This document shows, piece after piece, positions 1-10,975 of a stretch of 32,416 nt of DNA (positions are counted from its first letter, which is position 1; each line of letters begins with the position of its first letter). Position numbers and translations under genes: made by a program. The stretch spans positions 410,198 through 442,613 of the forward strand of contig JBNGIO010006356.1 of assembly GCA_049999805.1 (NCBI GenBank), in the 5' to 3' direction. Origin of the DNA: Folioceros fuciformis (Eukaryota). The notes beneath the pieces were generated by a model that saw nothing but the letters and a program-made list of their open reading frames with translations, was not told the DNA's origin and made no database searches.

Positions 1-543
1 ATACAAGCCAAGTGCAAGGACTAACTCTATGCCAAAAAGTAAGTCTTAACTCAAAAGTATGTGCCGAAATTCTTAATATTACATATTATATTAAAATTCT
101 CAATAATACATAATAAATTATAATATCATAGGTCCTTTTTTGACCCCATCTTTGATTAGATTTCCTGATTGTGTGAGCCTTCTTTGCCCTAATATGCATG
201 ACAATGGTTGTTTCTCTTGAAACTATGGAACACTTCTATGTTCATCATGGTCCTATCTATTCTTTTCATCCATGGGTCTGATGTCAAATCCTTAGGGCAT
301 AGCATCAAAGGAAGTGAATATTTGCAACCCATTTAAAAGCTTATGAGAACTAGAAGGCATGTTCATATATGGATACAAAAGCACTTTCTAACGTAGACAT
401 ACATATGTGACCCCACAATGAAGCTCTCATATTAGAACATGGTGGACAAAATAAAAACAGCCATTAAGGTAATTTTAAAATGGTTTGGCCTTGATTGCTA
501 TCTTCATCTTGTCTTGTACTTGGGTGCTTGAAAAAACTTATGT

Positions 544-684
544 GAATTCAATGTTTGGCATCACATGTGGATCAAGTACTCTTTGTGCCTTTTCATGGGA
601 TAGGAATGTACTAGAATTCAATGTTTGGCATTACATGTGGATCAAGTACTCTTTGTCTCGTTCCATAGGATAGGAATGTACTAG
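544..684. repeat. Tandem duplication of a 70-bp unit (2 copies)
   Basis: GAATTCAATGTTTGGCAT(C/T)ACATGTGGATCAAGTACTCTTTGT...GGATAGGAATGTACTAGA starts at both 544 and 614, with a few mismatches. Confidence 0.9.
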
Positions 685-1789
685 ATGTGTACAAAATCTT
701 CTTTTGAGGTGAAAGTGAATAAAATTGCAAATACTACGTCCTCCAAGTCACATGGGATGACCTTCAGTTGCACTCATAATGCAACTTGCATCAATAATAT
801 ATCATTAGGATAACTTCAACTTAGTGATATGTATGATTCATGCATCCATATTCATGCCCTCAGGGTAGCTATTAGGGGTAGCTCTCAAAGAAAAACTAAC
901 ACTCTTAAGAAAAATATTGAAGATCCAAAAACTAGTGAACTTAGGTAGATGAAAAGGGAAGAAATCGCCCGAAGAGAAACTGACAAACTCAAAAACAAGA
1001 GTAATGAGCTTCAATAGAAACATAAGTAGGACAAAAGAAGAGAAGTGAGCATCATACTCAAAAACCTGAAATAGTTACGTAAATACAATAAAAAGATATA
1101 ATAAGAATCACATTCTTTGTTATGGGAGCAAAGCTTATGGATATGAGCTTCTGACAAAGCCATTGGACCAAGTATTAACAGGAGATAGATAATGAAAACT
1201 GGCACAGAATAATGTACAGTTTAATCAAAGAAAAAACAAGGTCCTCGACAATGCAGGTAGTATTTCATCAAAGAATAGGGATAAAATTACGCACTAATGC
1301 GGTGGTTTCTCATAATATACGGGCACACCAGCAGAACGACAACTCTTCCCTGTGGGAAGGCCCGGGAGGCTTGAACGGCTCGAGAAAGAAATCACCGATG
1401 AGTACACGGCTATGGAAAATATCCAAAGACGGGGGGAACAATACACGAGATCCTCGAAAAATTCTAGAGACATGCTATCTATACCTTGACCCGCCCTTAT
1501 TGTTCAGGCTTGGAACGGAGGAACTTGCAAACAAAATGATAGGATGCTGGTTTCAATATCAACACCATCCATCTTCCGGCGCCAGCAGCCACAAGCTTCC
1601 TCGGCTTGGCATATCCAAACAACCTCAAGCCAGGTTTGAGCACCCATCACATCCCTGGCGCGACAGCAAATCTTAACCTTGCGAAAAGTGTACAACCAAG
1701 CACACGCAGAAGCCTGTTCAATCGCATCGTAGCAAACCAGCGAACGTCTACAGCACAGACGTTTACCTGGAGTCTCTGGTCCGGAGAAG

Positions 1790-3268
1790 TTAAGCTCCAC
1801 TGGCATACTGTCGTGTCCAATCCCTTGCTGATATACGAACGATGCTAGTTAGATGTGATGTGTCGGGCCGTCTGCCTCACGAAAGACGTCCCCTCAACAA
1901 AATGAAAATTAGGGAATGTAACAAGAATGAGTAAGCCAACCTGTTGCCACAGCCTCAGCTTCATTCGTTTTCCAGTGCTTGGCAATGTTTTCAGCCAATG
2001 GATCATCCGGATTCGGAGCACTTAACAGCGCTTGGATGCTGAGAAAGAGACAAATCGAGCGTAAGGAAAACAACCTCAAATGCGAAACACAGAGACAAGA
2101 CCAATTCGGCGAGGCACGCACCTCAGAAGAACTGTACGAATTTGAAGTGCAGGGCTCCATTTGTCTTTAAGAATATCTAAGCAAATGCGCCCCAACTTGA
2201 CGAACAAAAACAATTCTCACATCATTTATCTTTAGCCTACTGCAGAGGCACATAACTTGCGAGAGCGTAATCGACACATCTCAACTGACATGTACCTTAT
2301 CAATGTTCGGGTGATAAATTTTGGTCAAGAACCTGACCTGCTCATGGACGTCCATATCGACAGTCACACACAAGTATACCAGAGACAAAAGAGCACAGCC
2401 CAGGAAGCCCACAAAATCCAGAACTCTGAAAGGAAGGTACCTTCGGGGCTGCCATTGGGTACTCCTCCGGCAGGAAAAGCTCCAACTTAAACACACCACC
2501 TGAACATGTACAAACACCAAGACTGAGATCTCCTCGTCATGAGCGATATAACTTCCACGTCAGTGTCACATTCAAAGGACATTCCTTCCAAGTCAAGGAC
2601 CACAGAGGGCGGATGGTCAAACTACAAGCACAACACATCGACATGCCACCATTCATAGAAAGCTTCCATCTTCTTGGGCCTCTCATTGGGGTACGCTCAA
2701 TGCGAATTACAGCGTCAAATTGGGACAAACCTTCATAAGGAGACTGCGTGGGTCCCAAAATCATAACATTGAAATACCGCAGATTCTCTTCAGATGGGGA
2801 AGCACTGATGCCAGGAGCTGAGGCATGAAACCGACAGAATCACCAAAGATCATGCCCTAGTTCAAAAACTCACGAACGGAATAGAAATGCCTAGACTATC
2901 CGGCGCCAGTCCTCTACTCACAAACAAAATGCGCAGGTGGATGATCGTACCGGGCTCACTCAACAGCCGCTGCGTCTCCTGCCATCCAGACCACAACCAT
3001 TGCACGGGCCAGTCAGCGCAGACAGAAATTGGCCAGGTGCAAGGATTTCCCTTTCCACCCCGCACGGACAGCAACACAACGAGAACGCCTCACGCGGGAT
3101 CCGCTGCTGCAAGAGCACCAACTGCTACAGACGGATTCCTCTAGACTCGCACCCTGCTGGCAGCGCTCGGCTTGCAACACAAGCCGAGTAACAGAAGCAA
3201 GGGCAGATGAGAAGCGCTACCTTAATGATCCTACGTGGGAGATTGCTGTTGGCACTGGTGGCCGACAT
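1790..3268 (-). CDS. UBC13: Ubiquitin-conjugating enzyme E2, UBC13 type (plant UBC35/UBC36; K63-linked chains), 8 exons, 157 aa
   Basis: Exons 3221-3268, 2951-2978, 2731-2817, 2441-2499, 2296-2337, 2122-2195, 1941-2038 and 1790-1827 (all GT-AG, 474 nt) splice to [157 protein letters not shown]. The HPN motif and catalytic Cys are present, and the sequence is nearly identical to plant UBC35/36 as I recall it. Confidence 0.97.
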
Positions 3269-3982
3269 GATGCAGTCTGGGACACGCCAAGGGACCAGCC
3301 CCGCTGCTCTACCCTGAGAGAGGAGCCCCGACTGTGCCTCCGCTGGCCGCTATCTCCCCGATCGATTCCCAACAGACCCGTTCCCTGCTACTCCGCTCCC
3401 TCCGTGCTTCTGCTCCCCTCCGTGCTGCTGCAGTACGCACAGAGAGTCCGCCACCGAAATGGCCAGCGACCGCGTGGTCAGAGACCGAGTGGCGAGACGG
3501 GGGAAATGCCGACGGGAGGACCTCGCACAAAGAGAGGCCCTAACTTGCCTCTTTTTCTTCTAACTGGGGGGGAATTTGTGCCCCGTTGGTTAGTATTCGA
3601 GCTCAGCTCGGCTGCTCGCCTCGGTCCATGCTCTCCTCTACGTGATCATCTCTTCTTCCCTATTTCTGCCTTATATATTTAGCTACCACAACTCCGTTCA
3701 CCACAACATCAAAGATCCCCATAGTATATACATACATATAACTAAATAAATATAAACATAATAATATATTTTCTATTATTAAAAAGAGATGGAAAGTCCA
3801 TCTATTTCAAAGATTGGAAGAACAAAGGTGAGCAAGGCCGTACCCAAGCAAGGCCGAAAGGTACTAGCCCCTTTCTAACATCATTCTCGAAAACTTCCCA
3901 AAATATCATGATGTGAAATACCAAAAGAATTACTACTAGTGCCAAAAAAAATCCACTTAACCTGTGCTTGTTGCTGTTCTTA

Positions 3983-4155
3983 GAACCGTGTTGGCCAATA
4001 TTCTTTGCAAAGCACTAATACATTCTTAAAACCGCGTTCGCCCAATGCTTTTTGCAAAGCAATAAATACATTCTTAAAAAACCGCATTGGCCAATGCTCT
4101 TTGCAAAGCAATACAATAGATATGCCAATGCTCTTTGCAAAGCAGTACAATAGAT
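3983..4155. repeat. Degenerate tandem repeat (~48-bp then ~32-bp units) with palindromic core CTTTGCAAAG, in AT-rich intergenic DNA; possibly transposon-derived
   Basis: Four copies of CCAAT(G/A)(C/T)T(C/T)TTTGCAAAGCA. The first three are preceded by AACCG(C/T)..TT.G and two are followed by AATACATTCTTAAAA. Confidence 0.75.
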
Positions 4156-5073
4156 ACGTGTTATCAAAAGAGGCCACGATAAAGGAAAGAGAGAGAACAC
4201 CATTCTTAAAACATAATACATTGTAAGAAATGATTATTTAGATTATTATTTAATCAAAAGAAATAAAAAAAATTCATACAAGTTATCACAAAAAATCCAG
4301 GCAAGTGTGCTTGTGTCGCTGTTCTGAGGAAGCTAATTACAAGAGGTAATTAGGTTTGGAGACCAATTTTGAGTACATTAGTTATAAGAGATGGTGCTTT
4401 AAGTTATTGTGGGTCATAGTAGCACATTGAATGTGAAATGACACCAAAGTTGGAAGAGCCTCCTAATCTTAATCTTAGGAGCCCATCTAGCTAGGTAAGG
4501 AGGTCTAGCTACTTTTTAAACTTAGTCTAGTGTAATGGACCATACTTGCCTCCTTGCCATGGAAGGACCTATCTAGCTTTAGATTCTTGCATCGACACGT
4601 ATTGTCTAGGCCGGAATCACGTCTATCAATTCAAATTCTGCTTGTGTTTTGTGTGTAGCCATCTCGCACCATGTGGAGTAGCTTGAGTGTCCAAGCACGA
4701 AAAGAAGAGAGGCTAAGAAGGTATGGTGAAGTACGTTGCGATGAGCTTGCATCTTTAGGCCCAGCATGGTGATAGGCAGTTAAAAGTCCGGAACTCAAAT
4801 CCAGGCAGATAGGTGTATAGATCGTCTTGGTGTAGCAGGGAGGTCGTTAGAAATCTGCTTCCCAACATCCTGTCTTGCTACGGGTCGTCAAGGGTCTCGT
4901 CGCGTAGGTAGGCACCAGCCTTTATTTGAAGTAGGAGAGAAAGAAACCTCTCGGACGATGGCCAAGGAGATCTCGGCAGGAGAGGTTTCGCTACCGTCTC
5001 CTCAATGAATGGTACATCCCCAGAAGGGAGAAAGGCATAACGTGTGCCTCTTCAAAACGTACAATCTTCTCTG

Positions 5074-8000
5074 TTATTGTTGTTGGAAGCTGCTAGGGCC
5101 AGAACCCCCCTTCCCACCCGCTCTCATGGTGTTGCCGCCGTTTCCTACTGATTGCGCTGTCGAACTTGCTCCCGATGAGACTCCCTGCGACACTTGTGGG
5201 CCTGGCAAAGGCGCTGGAGATAGCACACCCTGTGACGGCTGTTGCAACGAGTTGTGGACGTGAGATATCTGTTGGGTTTGGGCGATGTGGTGCGGCTGGC
5301 TTGGTAGGTGGTAAGGCAACGCTCCCGCGAAGTGCATGCCCTGCATTCCTCCGCCTCCTCCACCTATGCGTGTATGGATTAGATCAAAAAAACGTGTAGA
5401 CATCGTGACGTGTGACAGACTCATCTTTGGGTATCTAGGGCACTGAACAACAAACCTCGATGTTTCTGCTGCTGCGCTTGTTGAGGGCCTTGTTGAGGGG
5501 GCACTGGCTGTCCTTGCATTGGTTGGCCCGGGATCATACCCTGCTACAATTCAACTGGTTAATTCATGGACTACACAGACCACTCGGACCTTGTGTTAGT
5601 GAAAAGAGTGCAAACGATCACACCAGTAAACCCTGGGCACAGGTCTAACCTGCTGTGGATAGGGGAAGTATACTAGAGGCTGACTGTACATCAATTGCTG
5701 AGGATACTGCAACCAGCGTGAGCGTGTATGGGCCCTCAGAAATTCTTCACACAGCTTGCAAAAAAAATAGCGTCTATCAGCACTTACCAGCTGTCCATTC
5801 TGGATGTAGGCCGGTCCTGGCTGCATGGGCGGACCTTGATGGGGATACCGCAGTGGCTGGGCGTACAGCTGCTTACATCAACACAATCCGGAAGAAAGTA
5901 AGATAAGGTGAAGCAGACTCGAGGTCAAACGGAAGAAGGGAGGCCAAGGCTGCGGGCAAGGACACCTGGGAGTGCAATTGTCATCTCAGGACAGAAATGA
6001 CAAGACAGTAGAACAGAACAAGACGGACCTGCTGCTGGGAGTGAGCCGGAAGCTTAATGCCGGGTTGCCCTGCCAGTACAGCAGGTCCCCCTGCTCCTGG
6101 AACCCCCGGACCGTAGCCGGCGGGGGCTTGCTGCAAATAAGATCCAGAACCAGCACCGAGGCCGTTGCCATACTGAGAATATTGGGCGGGCTGTCCACCC
6201 TGCTGCTGCATGTACTGGTTCAGATTTACCCCAACCGACATTGCTGGAAGAGGTGATACCGCAGAGATACCACCCTGCAAGTAAACGTGGCTACCGCCGA
6301 TCAAGGGTGACGGCGGCCGTGGGGAATTAAATGTTGAGCTCGGAGTGAAGACCTTTGCGTTTGGATTGAGCTTGAACTCCTGCCCAGCACAACTCAGCCA
6401 GATCAGAGAGTCGCCTACCTCAGAACCTTGGCGCCCAAGCCTAGGACAATTGAACACCATCTTCGGGATACGAAATTTGCTAGAAGGAAAATGATCACTA
6501 CCGACCTTCGCGTTGGGATTGAGAGTGGACTTCTTTAGAGAGCTTGACGATCCAGAAGATGCCGATGAAGCTGATGAAGCTGGTGACACAGTGGTTGACC
6601 CAACGACTGAACCTGTCCCACTAGGTATTGATAGAGGTGCTGGAATAGAGTGAGCTACAGGTGCAGAAAATACAGCTGGAACTGGAACTGGCCCAGCAGA
6701 GACTTGGTTTCCACTGCTCGCTGTGGTGGAGGGGTTGTTGGGCTGCTGGGCTGCAGGAGTAACTCCAGATGATGACATACTCGACGATGCCACAGATCCA
6801 GAAGATAGCAACCCTGTTGACGTCACAGATGAGATACTTGTCTGACTGCTAGTGGCCACCTTGCCAGTGGTCGAACCAACACTAGCCTGTGATGATGTAC
6901 TTGCTTCCGAAGGCCCGGTCTGTGAAGGCTGAGCATAACCTGTTGTTCCTGAGGTGCCATGGGACAAGCCAGGACTGCTGGATTGACCAAGTCCAGACTT
7001 GTTATCCGAAAATGTAGATGGTCGGGCACCAGGCTCATGAAACAAAGCGTGTCTACTGCCAGCATCACCATGTTTGGCTGCAGCGATCAAAAAACACAAG
7101 TTATAAATGAGTTGCCAAGCATCCTACTTCTAGAAATAGATGATGAAATTGCAGTTCAACTCACATTGCGCCCTTGGAGAACGAGGCTCCCCATCCTTCT
7201 TCTGTACAAGTAAACCATACTAGTAATTAAATTGGATTGAAGACTATAGAATGACAGAATACATCGACAGAAGGCAAGAAAGGAGACATAAACTTACGGA
7301 ATTGTAAGTCCTATCTTTAAAACTTTCACTGAAAGATTTAAGCTCATTCACTTGGTCCTCCCGTTGCTTCTTGCTACCCTTTTTGGCACTCTCCTGCAAT
7401 TTGAACTCCTGGAAATCTCTGCAGGAGCCCCATCACCAACCACACCCTACGATCAGCCACGAACAATCACCCTAAGACCAGACACAAACAATCACTGCCC
7501 TTCTGTAGAAGGAGAGACTGAAAGCATCAGGGAACAGTGGGAAACACTAAAATTGCCCACATCCCCCGTATTCAAGTTATAGCTTTTACAGCCATCCACA
7601 TGTAATATATGAAATACCACAGACCTAATCACGTCCGCAGAAACTTGAGGACAACTGGGGTCCAGATTCAAAGCTTGAATACCAGCTGCATCCCCCACTA
7701 GTGTTGATGCTAATGGAGAAGCTCGTCCACTGTGATAAGGAGATCCTGGTCCCTGCAGTCACGAGATAGCATGAACATACACATTTCACAGCCAACTGCT
7801 CAATCAGAGAAGGTCTTAATCAGCACATATCGCGCCCATGCTCCACCACGTCAGTAGGTGCACTGAGCGGAAGATGACCGTTCAGTAAGTGACAAGGTGA
7901 TCAAGTTTTCCGCAGGTGGTTCCGTGGATTATTCTCGCTGGGAGGGAAAGTTTAACTTCCCGACAACCTTCTAAGGCAAAAGAAAAAGAAATCCAAAAGC

Positions 8001-10975
8001 CCAACTCGCCAAATCTATGGACCAGCCAGTCCAGCTTAAGAATCTAGCCAACATAGAAGCCATACAACCTGAAACTGACCCTATACTGCGATCATAAAAG
8101 CCCCCCTACAAGGGAGCCACAGGCTGGCCAAAGCAGCGACCTCCCCAATACCAAGGGCTGGCTACCTTAACACGCTTGCGGTTGTCGCCAACAAGAAGAT
8201 GCCGCAGTCTCAAATGCTCCCTGTGAATGTCTGCCAAGCTATCAAGTGCCGCCATCTCGCCTTTCTCTATAGATGCTGTCCTCCTGTCTCGCAATGACAC
8301 CAACGGATCCCTGTTCGCTGCCCCATGTGAGGTCTGCGGAAAAGGAGTACAACATACCTTGCAGTTCCAGATCAGGCTGGACTAGAGAAAAGCTCAGAAG
8401 CTGACAAGATAAATCCACTATCCCTTCTACTTCCTCACGACAGACACTCAGAACTATTCCTTCTACACCCATGGGCTGGTAGGCTGAAGGGTTATGAAGG
8501 CGGACAGCTTGGACTCGTGGAGCATGACCATGACCAAGACCATTTCAACAAACATCCACTAGCTCCTGAGAGTCCAAGAGATCGAGGAAAGAGCACTTGG
8601 CTTGACTACGATGAGCTGCTGCCCAAAATTTGGACAGCAGGCACCTGGAGCAACCAAAAGAACTCCTGTGCGGCAAGGCTGAATCACAACCTGTAAATGC
8701 TCATGAGGGGGGTGTTTCTCTGCCTGGGCCTTAAATTAAACACTGATTAATATGTATGCCACATGCTGGTGCTTTGCTGCTCGTCCAGAGCATAAGGCCA
8801 ATTGAGAAGATCTTGAGCAGTTGGATTTGATGATATTTGCACGGGTACCAAAACCCAAAACAAGAGAGCACGTTCAATGAAACTCCACATTGCATAAAAT
8901 AGAACACCCAATTTACCTGTGCTGAATCAGCGGAGGATGGCCTGCTGCCTCTATTTTCGGACTCCTGGGCAACAGGTTGACTCATCGAAGTCTCATGTGG
9001 CACAGTGGATACGCCAAATGTCTCTTGGTTGCAGCCGTCAATTTCTCTATCTTCATCATCCTCACCCGTATCCCTGTTCTCACTTCCTCGAAGAACTGAT
9101 GAGAACCTACTTTCTTCATCAAGCCCATCTAATTCTGAAGTCAATCGAGCACCCCTTTCCTGGAACAGTGGATACATTGCCGTCAATATCAGGTTACAGC
9201 AACAAACATTGCCAGGTATCTGCTTCGGGCATGGGGAGAGATACTAACCTCTGCCACATGTACATTCCTAGTCGAAGTCCCTTCAATCTCCTTAGCGATC
9301 CTCTGGGCCTCCTTCTCCCTTTCCCTCATGTGTGAACCCCTTTCCAACTTAGTGGTGTACAGCTCCTCATTAAAAGTGGTTTCCACTCCAAAAAGAGCCT
9401 TGTTGGTCTCAAACTGATCCCAGTTCCTGCACAAAACAAGCCTCTCCTGACTCAGACATCGGCAAGAGCACGAGTCAGACAAAGACTTCAAACAGAGAAA
9501 AACTATGGAACATGATTCATGTGCTCCTGATGGTCACCACAAATAGACAGACAGGTGTACTACGGTCATCTGTCTGCACTGCAGTATGACGGCACTAACT
9601 GATAATCTGCAGTCACTTCAGTCATCATGCGTAACAGACGAGGAAACGAGCTGAAGAACTGCGTACCAAGAATGAAGCTCATCGAGAACAATCCTAGTGC
9701 AAAAGGACACAGTTCATGCACCATCGTACCTGTTCCATGGGCTCTGAAAGGTGGTATCCAAAGCTAAGTTTTTGGGGGCCTCCTCATCTGGTTGCCAGGG
9801 TTTCAGCTCACGCTCCAACTCCTTGGTCTTTCCTGCTGCTAGGTTAGAATCGGTTACCATTTCAAATTTGTTGTCCCGGACACGACCATTCACTGTGGAG
9901 TCACAAACAACCAACACGTCCTGTGTCCACGAAATGATCTTACTTAGAATTATGCAGTTCAAAGACTTCCTTTCCAAGAATAAGAATTCAGACTTTAGTA
10001 CCTTGGCAACTATTTGAACAAACTCTTCCGGTAACACAAACAGTGTCTTGATAGGAGGTTTCCTTGCAGGGAAAGGCGCTGAGCCCTTGCCAGATTTCAC
10101 TGTGGCATCCTTAATAATTCGTGCAAACTTCAAGATGACACCTACAGTCCGCAGCATCAAGAACAATGCACGCTTATATCAACAGTGTGGTACGGCAAAT
10201 ATCAGCCAGCAAGAAAATCAGAAGTGAGGATCAGCCAGAACATACGTGTGCATCAGCCAGAAAAGAAACATCATGCGTGTTCATTAGCCGGAGAACAAAC
10301 ATCATACGTGTGCATCAGCCAGAAAAGAAACATCATGCGTGTTCATTAGCCGGAAAACAAACATCATACGTGTGCATCAGCACAATCAACCCTAGTGTAA
10401 GGAAGAAATTCCCACACTGCTTACACAAGCCAACACCGACTCCCAACTAGAAACTCACCAAAATCCCCAGTATTTAACTGGGGAGAATGAAAGATGCCAG
10501 TGTACACCCGCCCATTCTTCAGATGGACTTCAACATGTTGACCAATCAGGCAAGTGCAGTAGTGGAGAAATGGCCCACGTTGAGCGTCAGCATCACCGCC
10601 TCCACTCCTGCTTCCACTTTCAGAGCCTCCATCCTTCTCTCCAGAGGCTCTGTTGCTTGCCGTGCTGTTGCCAGTAGGTTGCATATGGCCATGGCTTGGA
10701 CCGCTTCCAGTAGGTTGGAGTTGACCATGACCGTGGATGTTTCCACCAGGTTGAAAATGACCATGACCCAGGTTGCTTCCACTAGATTGCAAATGACCAT
10801 GACCGTGGCTGGCGGTCGTGGGCACAGCAGTCAACTTCACTGCTTGGGATGACCTCCAGCTCTGAGAATCGGACCGAAACGCGGTGTCAAGGCGATTTGC
10901 AACATCACGATCGTTGCGACGACGCCCCAGGCCATTTGCAGCAGAGGGCCTCTGCTGCACCTGCTGCTGACTCAT
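5074..10975 (-). CDS. Ataxin-2 family / polyadenylate-binding protein-interacting protein (CID3/CID4-like): LSm + LsmAD + tandem PAM2 + Q/P/G-rich tail; 15 exons, ~1052 aa
   Basis: Phase-consistent GT-AG exons: 10459-10975, 10002-10141, 9730-9920, 9249-9426, 8917-9159, 8166-8333, 7625-7752, 7298-7418, 7165-7201, 6506-7077, 6029-6379, 5788-5868, 5650-5706, 5456-5540, 5074-5363. Motifs: [22 protein letters not shown] (LSm); ERELKPW...[26 protein letters not shown]...[10 protein letters not shown]...HVAEERG...DEESRFSSV (LsmAD); [23 protein letters not shown] (overlapping PAM2 pair). The central exon choice (7.1-8.9 kb) is less certain. Confidence 0.92.
10228..10381. repeat. Intronic minisatellite (~30-31-bp monomer, ~61-bp dimer) in intron 1 of the Ataxin-2-like gene
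   Basis: CATCAGCCAGAAAAGAAACATCATGCGTGTT alternates with CATTAGCCGGA(G/A)AACAAACATCATACGTGTG; about 5 monomers. Confidence 0.85.

Noticed and set aside
1212..1848. ORFs of 154, 100 and 80 aa downstream of UBC13
   Set aside because: No family motifs; best explained as the 3'UTR/terminator region of UBC13.
3029..3682. 217-aa + strand ORF and nested ORFs near the UBC13 start
   Set aside because: Antisense to UBC13 exon 1 and its GC-rich leader/promoter, non-ATG start, no recognisable domain.
4486..4580. Short inverted match (GGTAAGGAGG / CCTCCTTGCC) with CTAGCT repeats, as a MITE or miRNA hairpin
   Set aside because: Pairing is only ~10 bp and imperfect, with no extended stem or terminal inverted repeats.
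9475..9628. Possible intronic C/D-box snoRNA (ATGATGA ... CTGA on the minus strand) in the Ataxin-2-like gene
   Set aside because: No terminal stem or recognisable rRNA/snRNA guide sequence. Boxes this short occur by chance; an Rfam/snoscan search would be needed.
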